Assembly: GCA_030390025.1 (NCBI GenBank)
Contig: CM059432.1
Span: 49,912,001 to 49,976,000 of the forward strand
DNA length: 64,000 nt
Reading direction: 5' to 3'
DNA from: Squalus acanthias
Taxonomy: Eukaryota
Positions 38,799 to 50,099 of the stretch are shown here, piece after piece. Both the position numbers and the translations under genes were made by a program. Positions within the stretch are counted from its first letter, which is position 1. Every line of letters starts with the position of its first letter. The notes under the pieces were generated by a model that did not search any database, was not told the DNA's origin, and saw only the letters and a list, made by a program, of their open reading frames with translations.

Positions 38799-40713
38799 CT
38801 ATTTGTGTGTTAACTTTCTCTTACGCGTGCTTCTACGTGGTGCTTCCCCTGTGGCTTCAGCAGATGTAGAGGCACCTTGCTCACTTCTATGCTGTGCCTG
38901 CTTAGATGCCTTTGGCAGGCATCCTCTGGATTTGGGAGCCTGGGAGGGCTCCGCAACAGTCTGCTCCTCCTGCGGCTGTGCAGGGGCTGAGATGGCCATC
39001 TCAGTTGGGTGAGGAATCTGGGGCTCTGACCGAGGGCTCCGCAGTGGCATGGGAGTGTGAGCACGTGGAGAGGAGCCCACACTTCCTTGTTGTCGACCAC
39101 CAACATCCCTCTCATGGGTCACCCGCACTTCACTGCTAGCAAGTAGCTGGAGAGCACCTTGCTGCACATCAGTGGGGCCATGTGGACCCATTTATATGCT
39201 GACATTCCTCATAACAAGGATGTCCATGCACCTCTGGTTCCTCTCCTCAATAGATGCCCATCTATCCTCCATAGATGACCATCTATTTAGAAGTGTTACT
39301 ATGTTCTGCTGTGTCTGCTGATTTATGTCCTCCATGGAGGTTGCCATTCTTTCCATGGCAGCACCTACATTCGCCATTGCGTGCACCACGGCATTGCTCA
39401 TGTTTGAGATGGACTCCTCCATTCTCTGCACACTCACAGTTACCCTGGAGGCAAACCCTGTCAGAGCCTCCTGCACTTGTTCCTGAAGTTCCAGCACCGC
39501 TCTCTTTCTGGATGGCCCCAGAGGCACAGGGTCCACATGCAGCTGAGCAGAGCTAGGAGTGTCCAGCGGCCTCCAACGAGGACTCTCCACTGCTGTCCCT
39601 GTCTCCACCATCTGCTGATGCTCACTTGTGAGCTGTGATATACCAGGTGACAACACTGCTCTATGTCACAAAGGACCCACCGAGGTGTGTGTCTCTGCGC
39701 TGGTGCTGGGTGCGCTCATTTCTGCTGATGCTGCTCCCTCAGAGGCTGCAGCTTCCTCTGAGGAGTCATCTGGCTCTTCCTCCTGGACAGCGGGGAGGGG
39801 GGCTCGCGATGGTCTTGTGGAGGAGTAAAGGCATGAGTCAGACATGTGATATTAATGTAGCAGACACATCCCATTGTGCAGATCATCAGAACTCAATCTA
39901 TATGAACATCAGATGCCATATCAGTCACTCATGAAATCTAAATGAGAGGGTTGCAAATCTATTCTGTCACCAGCTTGCTCTACTGCGCCCGTCTCTCCAT
40001 CCCCCACTTCCAGCTCCTCTGCACCTCTGACGATCTCAATAGCCGCCTCCTCAGCATTGGTTAAATGCGCCATGGAAGGTGGGCCTCCTCCTGTCCTCCC
40101 CCTCTCCCTCTTATTGTGGGCTCTCTTTTCCTGAATTGTGGGACACAAGTGGAGTTTGAGCGAGAATGTTGGGGTGAGTGTAGAGAATCCATAGTATAGA
40201 TGCTTAGAGGGAGACAAAGATGGAGTGTGGTGCCAATACCAAGGGCCCTCCCTGTGCATTGTTAGTTGTTGTCATTGCATAACAGTGAAAGCGAGTGTGA
40301 GGGGTGCATAGTAGGATGGTGAAGTGATTCTGTACATAGAGAGAGAGGGATGGTTAAGGGTGCAAGGGATGTAAGAGTAAGTTGGGATGTGCAGGAGTAG
40401 GTTGACAATGCAGAGTGCTGGTGATGAGAAGAGATGGGAAGCAGATTGAAGGTAAGTGTGATGTTATACTCACTTTTGTTGAGTGGAGCAGATCATTGAA
40501 CCTTTTCCTGCACTGAACCCAGGTGCGTGAGCACAAAGACCTGGCGCTCACCTCCTCAGCAATCTGCAGCCAGGCTGCCTTGGTTTGCTGAGGAGGCTTC
40601 CTCCGTCCATTGGAGGGGAGCAGAACCTCCTTGTGCCCTCTCACTCCCTCCACAAGAGCATGGAGGGAGTCATCATCAAAGCGAGGAGAAGCCTTGGTTC
40701 TTGCAGCAGTCAT
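38799..40713 (-). pseudogene. Harbinger Myb/SANT-like DNA-binding protein gene, three exons (40713-40474, 40130-39971, about 39814-38799)
   Basis: Exon 1 MTAARTKASPRF...AWLQIAEEVS...RTWVQCRKRFNDL is a NAIF1/MSANTD-like domain with donor GTGAGT. Exon 2 is EKRAHNKRERGRTGGGPP. Exon 3 has two in-frame stops and an apparently mutated acceptor. Confidence 0.9.
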
Positions 40714-42344
40714 CTCGCAAACAATACCACTGAGGAGCATCAGAAAGTGAATAAAACCCAAAGGCTGTATGGGCCCCTTAAATGCAGCTGAATCGAAGAT
40801 GTCAGCAGAGGCGAGCAGCAGACCTGAACCCACTGATTGGGCCGGGTAATGTGCATGGCGGGCTTAATAAACCCAGTTAAATGAAAATCCTTATCTCAAT
40901 GCAGCTGAAACTGGCAGTGGGACCAGAACCCGCCGACCAGCAAACCCAACGTGAACCCGCCTCCGCTGGGAAAATCCAGCCCGTTAACTCTGTTTCTCTC
41001 TCCACGATGCTGCCTGACCTGCTGAGTATTTCCAGCATTTTCTGTTGTTATTTCTGATTTCCAGCATCCGCAGTATTTTGCTCTTGTAGATGATGAGATC
41101 GTCTGGAACCATGTAAAATCCTATTGGAACGAGGCAGGTGAGATGCAGTCAATGACTGCTACTGCCTCTGAGGATTTTTTTAAAAAGGGATTGTGCAGGA
41201 TGGAGCAGAGTTAATACCAGCAAAGTTAATATCAGGCCTTCCACAGCATACAAATATTGTAAAAGTGTACCTTAAAAAACCCTGGGTTGGACACTTGACG
41301 TATAACAGAAGGTTAGGAAAAAGAGAAAGAAGTTAAAAGCCCACAGCGAAAGTTAAAATTGCTGTGAGAAATGTTTTCGGCATTTTTTGTTTTTATTTAA
41401 AAAGGAAGAGGGTTCTGTGTTCAGTCGCTGAAAGTGTGTGTGAATATGTGAAAGTTTGCTGCTGGCTGCAGGATCCTGAAAGTTAACGGTGGTGTTAACA
41501 ACTGATAACTTGTTTAGCAGAAACTGCTGCTGTTTTCTGTTTTGGTTTTGAACTGATTTCGAGTAATTCATAGGAGTGTTTGATTAAATTCTGGAACTAG
41601 TTTTCTGTGGATTTGCACTGCAGACAGCTTGTAATGAAAATTATGTAAATAGTCCCTAGGTGCGCAATTTGGGTTCATCGGGAAAAATTTGGCATTTTCA
41701 GAGTTCATAACCCATTACAGGAATCAACATTTTTAAGGTGCATGAGACTGTGACTGGTTGTTGAATGTTCTTTTCAATTTAAGATTGTATCCCCAGGAAT
41801 GGGAGAGTTCAGGAAAAAAGGGAAAATTGGCTTCATACATGTTAAATTAAAGACACGTGGCGTGTATTCATTTTGACTGAAATACAAGTATTAAATACAC
41901 AAAAGTGTTTTAAAAAGTAAAACAAAATCTTCTGCAAACTGCTGTAGTTCGATTGACTCCACACCCAACACCTACGGTTTCACAAGCAAGAAGCAATTAA
42001 CTTCTGGTAGCCAAATTGAATTGCTGGAGTTAATTACTTGCTGTGCTAGTTTATTTTTAAAGAAGTTGGCCTTACATCTTTAGAGCTTCCAGCACTTCAG
42101 TCTGCTTTTGAGTGGTTAGGATTCAAGGTTTTTCTAAACCAAGGTTTTTCTAAGCCTGCTGCAATACGTAGATGATTTGCTGCTAGCTACAAAAACAAAG
42201 GAGAAACATCTCCTGTTTTTAGGTGAGCTGCTTGAACTGTTAAAAAGGATGGGGTGGGAGCTGGGAGTCTAACTGGAAGGCCAAAATCTGTATTCACTTC
42301 CTGTCTCCCATGTCAATCAAACAGATCCATTAATATCTCTATAA

Positions 42345-42802
42345 AAAGCAAAATTGTTGCATTTATATAGCATCTTTTATAACTTCAGGACATCCCAAAG
42401 TGTTTCACAGCCAATTAAGTATTTTGAAGTGTAGTCACTGTTGTAATGTAGATAAGCACATCAGCCAATTTGCGCAAAGCAAGGTTCCCCAAACGGATAA
42501 ATGACTAGCTAGTCTATTTTTGGTGGTGTTGGTTGAGGGATAAATGTTGGCCAAGACACCGGGAAAATTCCCTTGCTCTTCTTCAAATAGCACCATGGAA
42601 TCTTTTACACCCACCAGATAGGGCAGACCAGGCCTTGGTTTAACATCTCAGCTGAAAGACAGCACCTCCAGCCTTCCAGCACTCGCTCAGTACTGCACTG
42701 AAGCGTCAGCCTAGATTATGTGGTCAAGTCCCTGGAAAGAGGCTTGAACCCAGAACCCTTTAACTCACAGATGAGAGTGCTACCACTGAGCTAAGGCTAA
42801 CA
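42345..42802 (-). mobile_element. tRNA SINE with L2-type tail (DeuSINE-like)
   Basis: Collinear with 57019-57486. A/B boxes on the minus strand and tail GCTATATAAATGCAAC. Confidence 0.8.
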
Positions 42803-44164
42803 CCTATAATCCTCAATCCCCTTCCTCACAAGGAATTGATCCAGTTGCTTTTATCAACTGACCCAAAAATAATTACTTTTTCTGGGAGACTGTTCCACAT
42901 ATCCAGTATCCTGAGAAGAAAAAAAAATCCTCTAAACTCTACTCTTGCTTGAGGCTTGTAAATATTATAAGTGTATCCTCAAATTCGGTATTCACTGTTA
43001 CAGTCATCAAAAAGTCTTTAATTTACAGAGAAAAATATGATGAGAGGTAAAAGGAATCCTGTCAAAATTCTGGGCAGGTCCACAATAATTGCTCAAAGAT
43101 TTTGCCACTGAAAATCCGTGACCTTCCAGTGCACTCCCTCTGTAACTCCATCAGGAGTTCAGTGGAAAGGCCACAATTTGGGCCATAACTCGGATATGTT
43201 GGGTCCTGGTCTTCCTCTGCATTTTCTGTGGAGCCTTGTTAGGGGTGGGGTCTTCACCTTCCCCAAACGAGGTTGCTGGTGTAGGATGGGGGTGCATTGC
43301 TGTAGGTGGTGATATCAAGACCAGACATTCCCATGGACCATTGATGGGCCAGAAAGCCGGGTGGGAGCTGGCATACTGGCTTGTCCAATGGTGCAAGTGA
43401 AGCCCACCTAGGGGTCTAGGATTGGATCAACCCCTGAAATTGCTGAAATGTTTTGGGGATATATTACTCTGCTACATATAAGGCTGCTGGGGTAATTGTG
43501 TTGTCTTTCCAGGTGAGGCCTCAGTCCCTCCCCAACACCTCCTGGATTCAGCAGTATTGACTGGATTTTCCAGCCTTCTCAGGAAGGTGGGCACCCAAGA
43601 TGTGCCCCTAGTTGTGCAAGCACCTGCAAAGGATATGTACATAGGGTGACCTTCCCTGACACCGCAAACTTTGGCAGTGTCAATACTAGAGGTGATGGGT
43701 GAACGCAAAGCTGCATTTATAATTTTGGACCCCTGTGTTCTTTTGGGAAATGAGGCCATATTATGGTTGAAGGGCTGCATGAAATGAGGTCTGCTGAGAG
43801 GCAGCTCCAAATCATATGCTGTTGTGGTGTAATAAAATCATTTTTTTTTTGCTTAGATGTTTTTTCAGCCTGAATGGTAATAATGAAGTCATAATTCTGT
43901 TATTGACTTTACCCATGCGGAATTTACTTTTTATTCACTGCAGTCAGTTCTTCTGCATTCAGTCTCAATGCACTTGCCTTTCAAATTGTAAACAATGGAA
44001 GCAAATTATACATGCTGAACATGGCTAGATGAAAGATTTGTATTATGATTACTTATGTATATTTGGAATGCGTACCATGATATCCCATGCCCAGGCTTGT
44101 TCAATACAACCAATAAATTACATTATAAATAATTTTAGTCTCACCAGCCAATCAGATGTCATCA

Positions 44165-46010
44165 AAAGGGGCATATAGGGTAAGATAAGGCAAAAAAGGG
44201 AAGCTTATGTCAGATACTGCAGAAAACCTAGAGGAGTATAGAAAGTGCAGGGGAGAAATTAAAAAGGAAATTAGGAAAGCAACGAGAGGGCATGAAAAAA
44301 TATTGGCAAGTAGCATCAAGGTGATTAGACTGGAAAAAATTCTGAGGGACAGTATTAATTGTCATTTAGAAGGGCATGGATTAATCAAGGACAGTCAGCA
44401 CTGTATTGTTAAGGGAAGGTGGTGCCTGACTAACTTGATTGAATTCTTTGAGGAGGTAACAAGGAGGATCGATGAGGGTAGCGTGTTTGATGTAGTTTAC
44501 ATGGATTTTAGCAGACTGGTCAGAAAAGTAAAAGCCCATGGGATCCAAGGGAAAGTGGCAAGTTGGATCCAAAATTGGCTCAGTGGCAGGAAGCAAAGGG
44601 TAATGGTCAACGGGTGTTTTTGTGACTGGAAGGCTGTTTCCAGTGGGTTTCTGCAGGGCTCAGTACTGGGTCCCTTGCTTTTTGTGGTATATATCAATGC
44701 TTTAGACTTCAATGTAGGGGGCATGATTAAGAAGTTCGCAGATGATACAAAAATTGGCTGTGTGTTTGATAGTGAGGAAGAAAGCTGTAGACTGCAGGAA
44801 GATATCAATGGACTGGTCAGGTGGCAGAACAGTGGCAAATGGAATTCAATCTGGAGAAGTGTGATGTAATGCATTTGGGGAGGGCTAGCAAGGCAACGGA
44901 ATACACAATAAATGGTAGGCTACTGAGAAGTGTAGAGGAACAGAGAGACCTTGGAGTACATGTCCACTGATCCCTGAAGGTAGCATGACAGGTAGATAAG
45001 GTGGTTAAGAAGGCATACGGGATACTTTTCTTTATAAACTGAGGCACAGAATAGAAGAGCAGGGAGGTTATGCTTGAACTGTATAAAACACTAGTTAGGC
45101 CACAGCTAGAGTACTGCGTACAGTTCTGGTCACCACGTTACAGGAAGGATGTGATTGCACTAGAGAGGGTACAGAGGAGATTTACAAGAATGTTGCCAGG
45201 ACTGCAGAATTTTAGCTATGAGGAAAGATTGGATAGGCTGGGGTTGTTTTTTTTGGAACAGAGGAGGCTGAGGGGAGACTTGATTGAGGTGTATAAAATT
45301 ATGAGGGGCCTAGATAGAGTAGATAGGAAGGACATATTTCCCTTAGCAGAGAGGTCAATAACTGGGGGCCATAGATTTAAAGTAATAGAAGGATTAGAGT
45401 GGAGTTGAGGAGAACTTTTTCACCAGAGGCTGGTGGGGATCTGGAAATCACTGCCTGAAAGGATGGTAAATGCAGAAACCCTCATCGCATCTAAAAAATA
45501 TTTGGATATGCACTTGAAGTGTCGTAACAGCGCCCCCCACCGCCCCCCCACTCCCCCGAGATATCTGCGCTCCTCTAATTCTGCCCTCTTGAGGATCCCT
45601 GATTATAATCGCTCAACCTTTGGTGGCCGTGCCTTCTGTTGCCTAGGCCCTAAGCTATGGAATTCCCTGCCTAAACCTGTCCACCTCACTACCTCTCTTT
45701 CCTCCTTTAAGACGCTCCTTAAAACCTACCTCTTTGACCAAGCTTTTGGTCACCTACCCTAATTTATCCTTATGTGGATCGGTGTCAAATTTTTTGTCTT
45801 ATAATAATCCTGTGCAGCGCCTTGGGACGTTTTGCTACGTTAAAGGCGCTATATAAATACAAGTTGTTGTTGTTGTTGTTGTTGTAACCTACAGGGCTAC
45901 GGACCAGTAGCTGGAAAGTGGGATTAGGCTGGATAGCTCTTTTTCGTCCGGCACAGACACGATAGGCTGAATGGCCTCCTTCTGTGATGTCAATTTCTGA
46001 GATTCTATGA
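44165..46010 (+). mobile_element. CR1 LINE 3' part with internal deletions
   Basis: ORFs 44207-44869 (CLTNLIEFF, QGSVLGP, FADD) and 45070-45408. The 3' UTR resumes at 45884 after an L2 insertion. Confidence 0.93.
45529..45883 (+). mobile_element. L2 3'-end fragment inserted in CR1
   Basis: GGRAF..GPKLWNSLP..FKTLLKTYLF, a (TTG)n tail and TSD GTAAC. Confidence 0.92.
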
Positions 46011-46898
46011 ACAGATAAATTCCTATTTTGCTATCAAAAGGCATTCTTTCTCTAACTTTCACATTAGTGAAGCTAAAAATAATGGGGAACAGAATTATTG
46101 TGCTTGAGTTATTTTAGATTAACACTTTTTAAAGGACACACAGTATAGCCTGAGTTTTTTTCTGCGGTCCTGCCCCAAATTGGGTGGCATCGCGGCAGAA
46201 ACAGATGGAAAATGGGGCAGTGAGGCCCACCACCACCTCACTACCCAGACCTTGATTTTTCTCCTCCTTCCCCAGCCAGATGGCTTCCCCATTCCTACTT
46301 ACTACATGTAAACAATGGTGGGGTGGCAGGGCGCTGGCCCATTTCCTGCTTTCTACCTCGATCACTGCCACCCCCAAGGACCAACAAGAGGGGGTTGGTG
46401 CCAATCCTTGGGGCAGTAGCGGAGGGCACCCTGATGCCACTTTTTGAGAGAGAGGACCCCGTAGTGGCCATCTCTGCCTCCCATTAAGTCATTTACCTTT
46501 GGGTTTGTTAGGCCTCAACTCACTCTGAGGCCTAACAGTAAAATATCTCTCTGATCTTTGGGGCATTGTGCCCTCTTTAGGCTGCATCGGAACATTTCAT
46601 CCAATGGATCTAGCTTGCATTCTTTGACAGCTTGCAGCAATTGCATTTATTCTCCTGTCTGATTGGGATCTACAAATAAAAAAAAAACAATGTCCTTCAA
46701 AGGTTCAATCATTTGATTAGCTTCAGTTGCAAGAACAGCCCTTGAGTGTCCCAGTAGACATTTGTAGCTTTGCGTACATTTAACATATCAAAGATCTGAA
46801 ATACTAGCCAAACTTGACCTGATTAGATTCTGATCAGACAGTCCCACTAACATAGGATGGGCTCAATCTTCTATGAAATGAACAGGTAGTATGTGTAC

Positions 46899-47020
46899 AA
46901 AAGCAAAACACTGCAGATGCTGGAAATCTGAAATAAAAACAGAAAATGCTGGAAATACTCAGCAGGTCAGGCAGCAACTGTGGAGAGAGAAACAGAGTTA
47001 ACGTTTCAGGTCGATGACCT
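46899..47020 (-). mobile_element. Penelope-like pseudo-LTR end, truncated within the hammerhead motif
   Basis: Matches 18088-18205 and stops at GTCGATGACCT, so it lacks the CTGANGA box. Confidence 0.8.
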
Positions 47021-47254
47021 AAAATTATGTGTATTTTGTCTTTCCCCCTCACAAAGAGCAAAACATTAAAGAATCCAGATAGTGGGTGTCCATTTAAAAT
47101 TTACAATATGTTAAATAATCAAAACATCTTATGAAAAATATATAATGCAGACTTTACTGTCTGAAACAAGATATAGCTCTGCTTCTGTCACAAGTGTTAT
47201 CTCCTGGTTTGCAAATTACAGTACACCAAAATACAAGATTCACATAAAAATAAA

Positions 47255-47790
47255 TGTTTTTTTTACATTTATTTACAGGATGTGGACGTCACCGGCAAGG
47301 CCAGCATTTATTGCCCATCCCTAATTGCCCTTGAGAAGATGGTGGTGAGCCCCGTTCTTGAACCGCTGCAGTCCTTGTGGTGAAGGTCTTATTATAGTTT
47401 CTTGTAGCAGTTTGATACTGAGTGGCTTGGTAGGCCATTTCAGAGGGCAGTTAAGAGTCAACCACATTGCTGTGAGTCTGAAGTCACATATAGGCCAAAC
47501 CAAGGCCAGTATTTATTGCCCATCCCTAGTTGCCCTTGAGAAGATGGTGGTGAGCCACCTTCTTGAACTGCTACAGTCCGTGTGGTAAAGGTACTCCCAC
47601 AGTGCTGTTAGGGAGGGAGTTCCAGGATTTTGACCCAGCGACGATAAAGGAACGGCGATATATTTCCAAGTCAGGTTGGTGTGTAAATTGGAGGGGAACT
47701 TGGAGGTGATGGTGTTCCCATGCGCCTGCTGCCCTTGTCCTTCTAGGTGGTAGAGGTCACGGTTTTGGGAGGAGCTGCCACAGAAGCCTT
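47255..47790 (-). mobile_element. LINE 3' end plus a SINE fragment sharing the same tail
   Basis: Two copies of the ...HHHLLKGN*/AGGGATGGGCAATAAAT tail (about 47300-47385 and 47505-47790), the same as 14804-14975. SINE body at 47415-47500. Confidence 0.75.
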
Positions 47791-48513
47791 TAGATAACTG
47801 GACTAAAATTTGGCAGTGTGGATAAGCTCAAAATATCTATCATGGTAGCAAGAAATCTAAAGAGTGCCTGCATGTTGACTGGAACAGGGAACTTGTTCAT
47901 CAGGACAGAGAGAGGATGTAATGAATAAATTTATGAAGCCTTCAGAACAATGCAGAAAAAAAACCAAATAAAGTTCTGAGTTGTATTTGCAGAAAGGTAG
48001 AGAACAAATCAAAAGAGGTAATGTTGTATGAAGCTGTATTTCCCTTGAAAGGCAACAGGGTCAAGCGGAAGAAATTCAGTTGGTTAGCGCCTGGCGGGGG
48101 CGCTAATGAAGTAGCGCTGGGGTGAGGTGAATCCAGTGCTGCACGCCAAATCCAGTTGCCCGTTAGCGCCACCACTAACAGTTAGCGCCTGGGGCTTTAG
48201 CGCCAGGCAGATTGTGACGTCAGTGAGTGTGCAACGTTCACTCAGCGCCCGATCTGCCAAATTGATTATCACCCCCTGCCTTAGCGCCTCGCTCTGACAG
48301 CGACTGGAAGAGGAGGCGTGAAGCAGGTGGATGGCGGCTCCAGGGGTGCTATTTAAAGGGACCAGTCGCAGCTGTCAGGTTAGTGTGGTTTCACTGCTTC
48401 CTTGTCAGTTTGCGATTGAGCAAGAGTTTAATTCAGTCATTTAAAGGTTCTTTAGTATCAGGAGTGTTGCGGCTACTAAAAATTTGTTACGTTTATTCTG
48501 ACAAAATTTCAAA

Positions 48514-50099
48514 ATGCTACACATCGTTACATTAATGGGGGCTGTACTGGCGGTCGACCTCGTCCTCCAGGATCTACTGCGGAGGGAGCGCAGGCAGCGA
48601 GAAAGATTGCAAGATGTGGCCAGAGGGAGGAGGAAGGCCATCAGGGCTCTCAACAGGAGACCTTACCCTCCGAGGGTATTCGGAGAGCACTTCTCCTACC
48701 TCCAATTAAGCGAAGAGCAGTGCATTAGAAGGCTCCGCTTCAGCAAGGATGTGGTCACTGAACAAGCAACAAGACCTCAAGCCTCAGATCAGGTCAATCA
48801 CGGCTCTCTCAGTGGCAGTCATGGTCACCGTCACCCTCAATTTCTTCACCAGCGGTTCCTTCTAGTCTGCAACAGGATCTCACAGCTCGCCATTCATCGC
48901 TGCATCACAGAGGCTCTCTACAGTAGGAGAAGGGACTACATTTCCTTCCCAATCACCAGAGAGAAGCAGGACAACGTGCATGTGGCTTTGCCAGGATAGC
49001 GGGATTCCCCATGGTGCAGGGCGCCATTGACTGCACCCACGTGGCTTTGCAGGCAACGCATAACAATCCTGAGGTTTTCCGTAACCGCAAAGGCTACCAC
49101 TCACTTAATGTGCAGTTGGTGTGCGACCACAGATGGCGAATCCTCAAAGTGAATGCCCGCTATCCTGGCAACAGCCATGATGCCTTCATCCTGACCGGTG
49201 TTCCAGCACTCTTCCAGCTACCACATCGAACTCGTGGCTGGCTGATCAGAGACAAGGGCTATCTGCTCTCCACTTGACTCATGACTCCCATCTGCAACCC
49301 CAACACTCCTGCTCAGCACTCATATAATGAGAACCATGCTGCTACCAGGAACATCTTCAAGCAGACCATCGGGGTGCTCAAGCAACGGTTCCGCTGCCTT
49401 GACTGCTCGGGAGGAGCCCTCCAGTACTCGCCGGAGCGGGTGTCCCATTTCGTGGTGGTCTGCTGCATGCTCCACAATCTGGCCATCATGAGGGCCCAGC
49501 CCTTGCCACCAGGGATTGCAGGACCTCCTCACGACATAAGAACATAAGAACATAAGAAATAGGAGCGGGAATAGGCCACTTGGCCCCTCGAGCCTGCTCC
49601 GCCATTCAATAAGATCATGGCTGATCTTGGGCTTAAAGCAACTTCCCTGCCCGCTTCCCATAACCCTTCACTCCCTTATCTTGCAAAAATCTGTCTATCA
49701 CCACCTTAAATGTATTTAATGACCCAGCCTCCATGGCTCTCTGCGGCAGAGAATTCCACAGATTTACGACCCTCTGAGAGAAGAAATTCCTCCTCATCTC
49801 AGTTCTAAAAGGGCAACCCTTTATTCTGAAACTATGCCCCCGAGTTCTAGATTTTCCCACGAGGGGAAACATCCTCTCTGCATCTACCTTGTTGAGCCCC
49901 CTCAGTATCTTATATGTTTCAATAAGATCACCTCTCATTCTTCTAAGGAGGAGGAAGAGGGAGAGGAGGAGGAGGAGGACGAGGAGGAAGAGGAAGACAA
50001 GGAGGAAGTGGAGGAACAGGAGAGAGGGAGGAGGCAGCCACTCAATCGGCCTTCTGGAAGGGGGTCTGTGACCACCTTATCAGACTGCGGTTCCAATAA
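48514..50099 (+). pseudogene. Harbinger DDE transposase remnant
   Basis: RRPYPPRVF..LSEEQCIRRLRF, AIDCTHV, NRKGYHSLNVQLVCD, YPGNSHDAFIL, DKGY and KQRFRCLD, with the acidic tail after the CR1 insertion. Frameshifts and stops are present. Confidence 0.92.
49533..49946 (-). mobile_element. CR1 3' fragment, same subfamily as 18957-22053
   Basis: MRGDLIETYKIL...GVKGYG and a (CATAAGAA)n tail. Highly similar to 18960-19375. Confidence 0.93.

Larger units (their letters stand above)
32776..40982. mobile_element. Structurally complete PIF/Harbinger transposon (about 4.2 kb net of the L2 insertion)
   Basis: TIRs GGCCGCAATTTTGCC ... GGGAAAATCCAGCCC, TSD GTT, and convergent transposase and Myb/SANT genes. 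Confidence 0.92.
32455..41086 (+). mobile_element. Penelope-like element fragment (32455-32775 and 40983-41086) split by a Harbinger
   Basis: Exact 13-bp TSD TAGATGATGAGAT at 32442-32454 and 41087-41099. Homologous to 18085-18510. Hammerhead core CTGATGA...GAAAC at 32747-32772. Confidence 0.88.
31455..41719. mobile_element. Probable solo LTR (about 1.6 kb net) interrupted by nested elements
   Basis: Termini TGTTGTAAGGGTT ... AACCCATTACA, with flanks GGAGT/GGAAT as a possible 5-bp TSD. The halves 31455-32454 and 41100-41719 are joined through the PLE's TSD. Confidence 0.6.

Noticed and set aside
37301..40713. Domesticated host genes HARBI1/NAIF1
   Set aside because: The genes are flanked by TIRs and a TSD, are disrupted, and have many paralogous decayed copies in the window. 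They are transposon genes.
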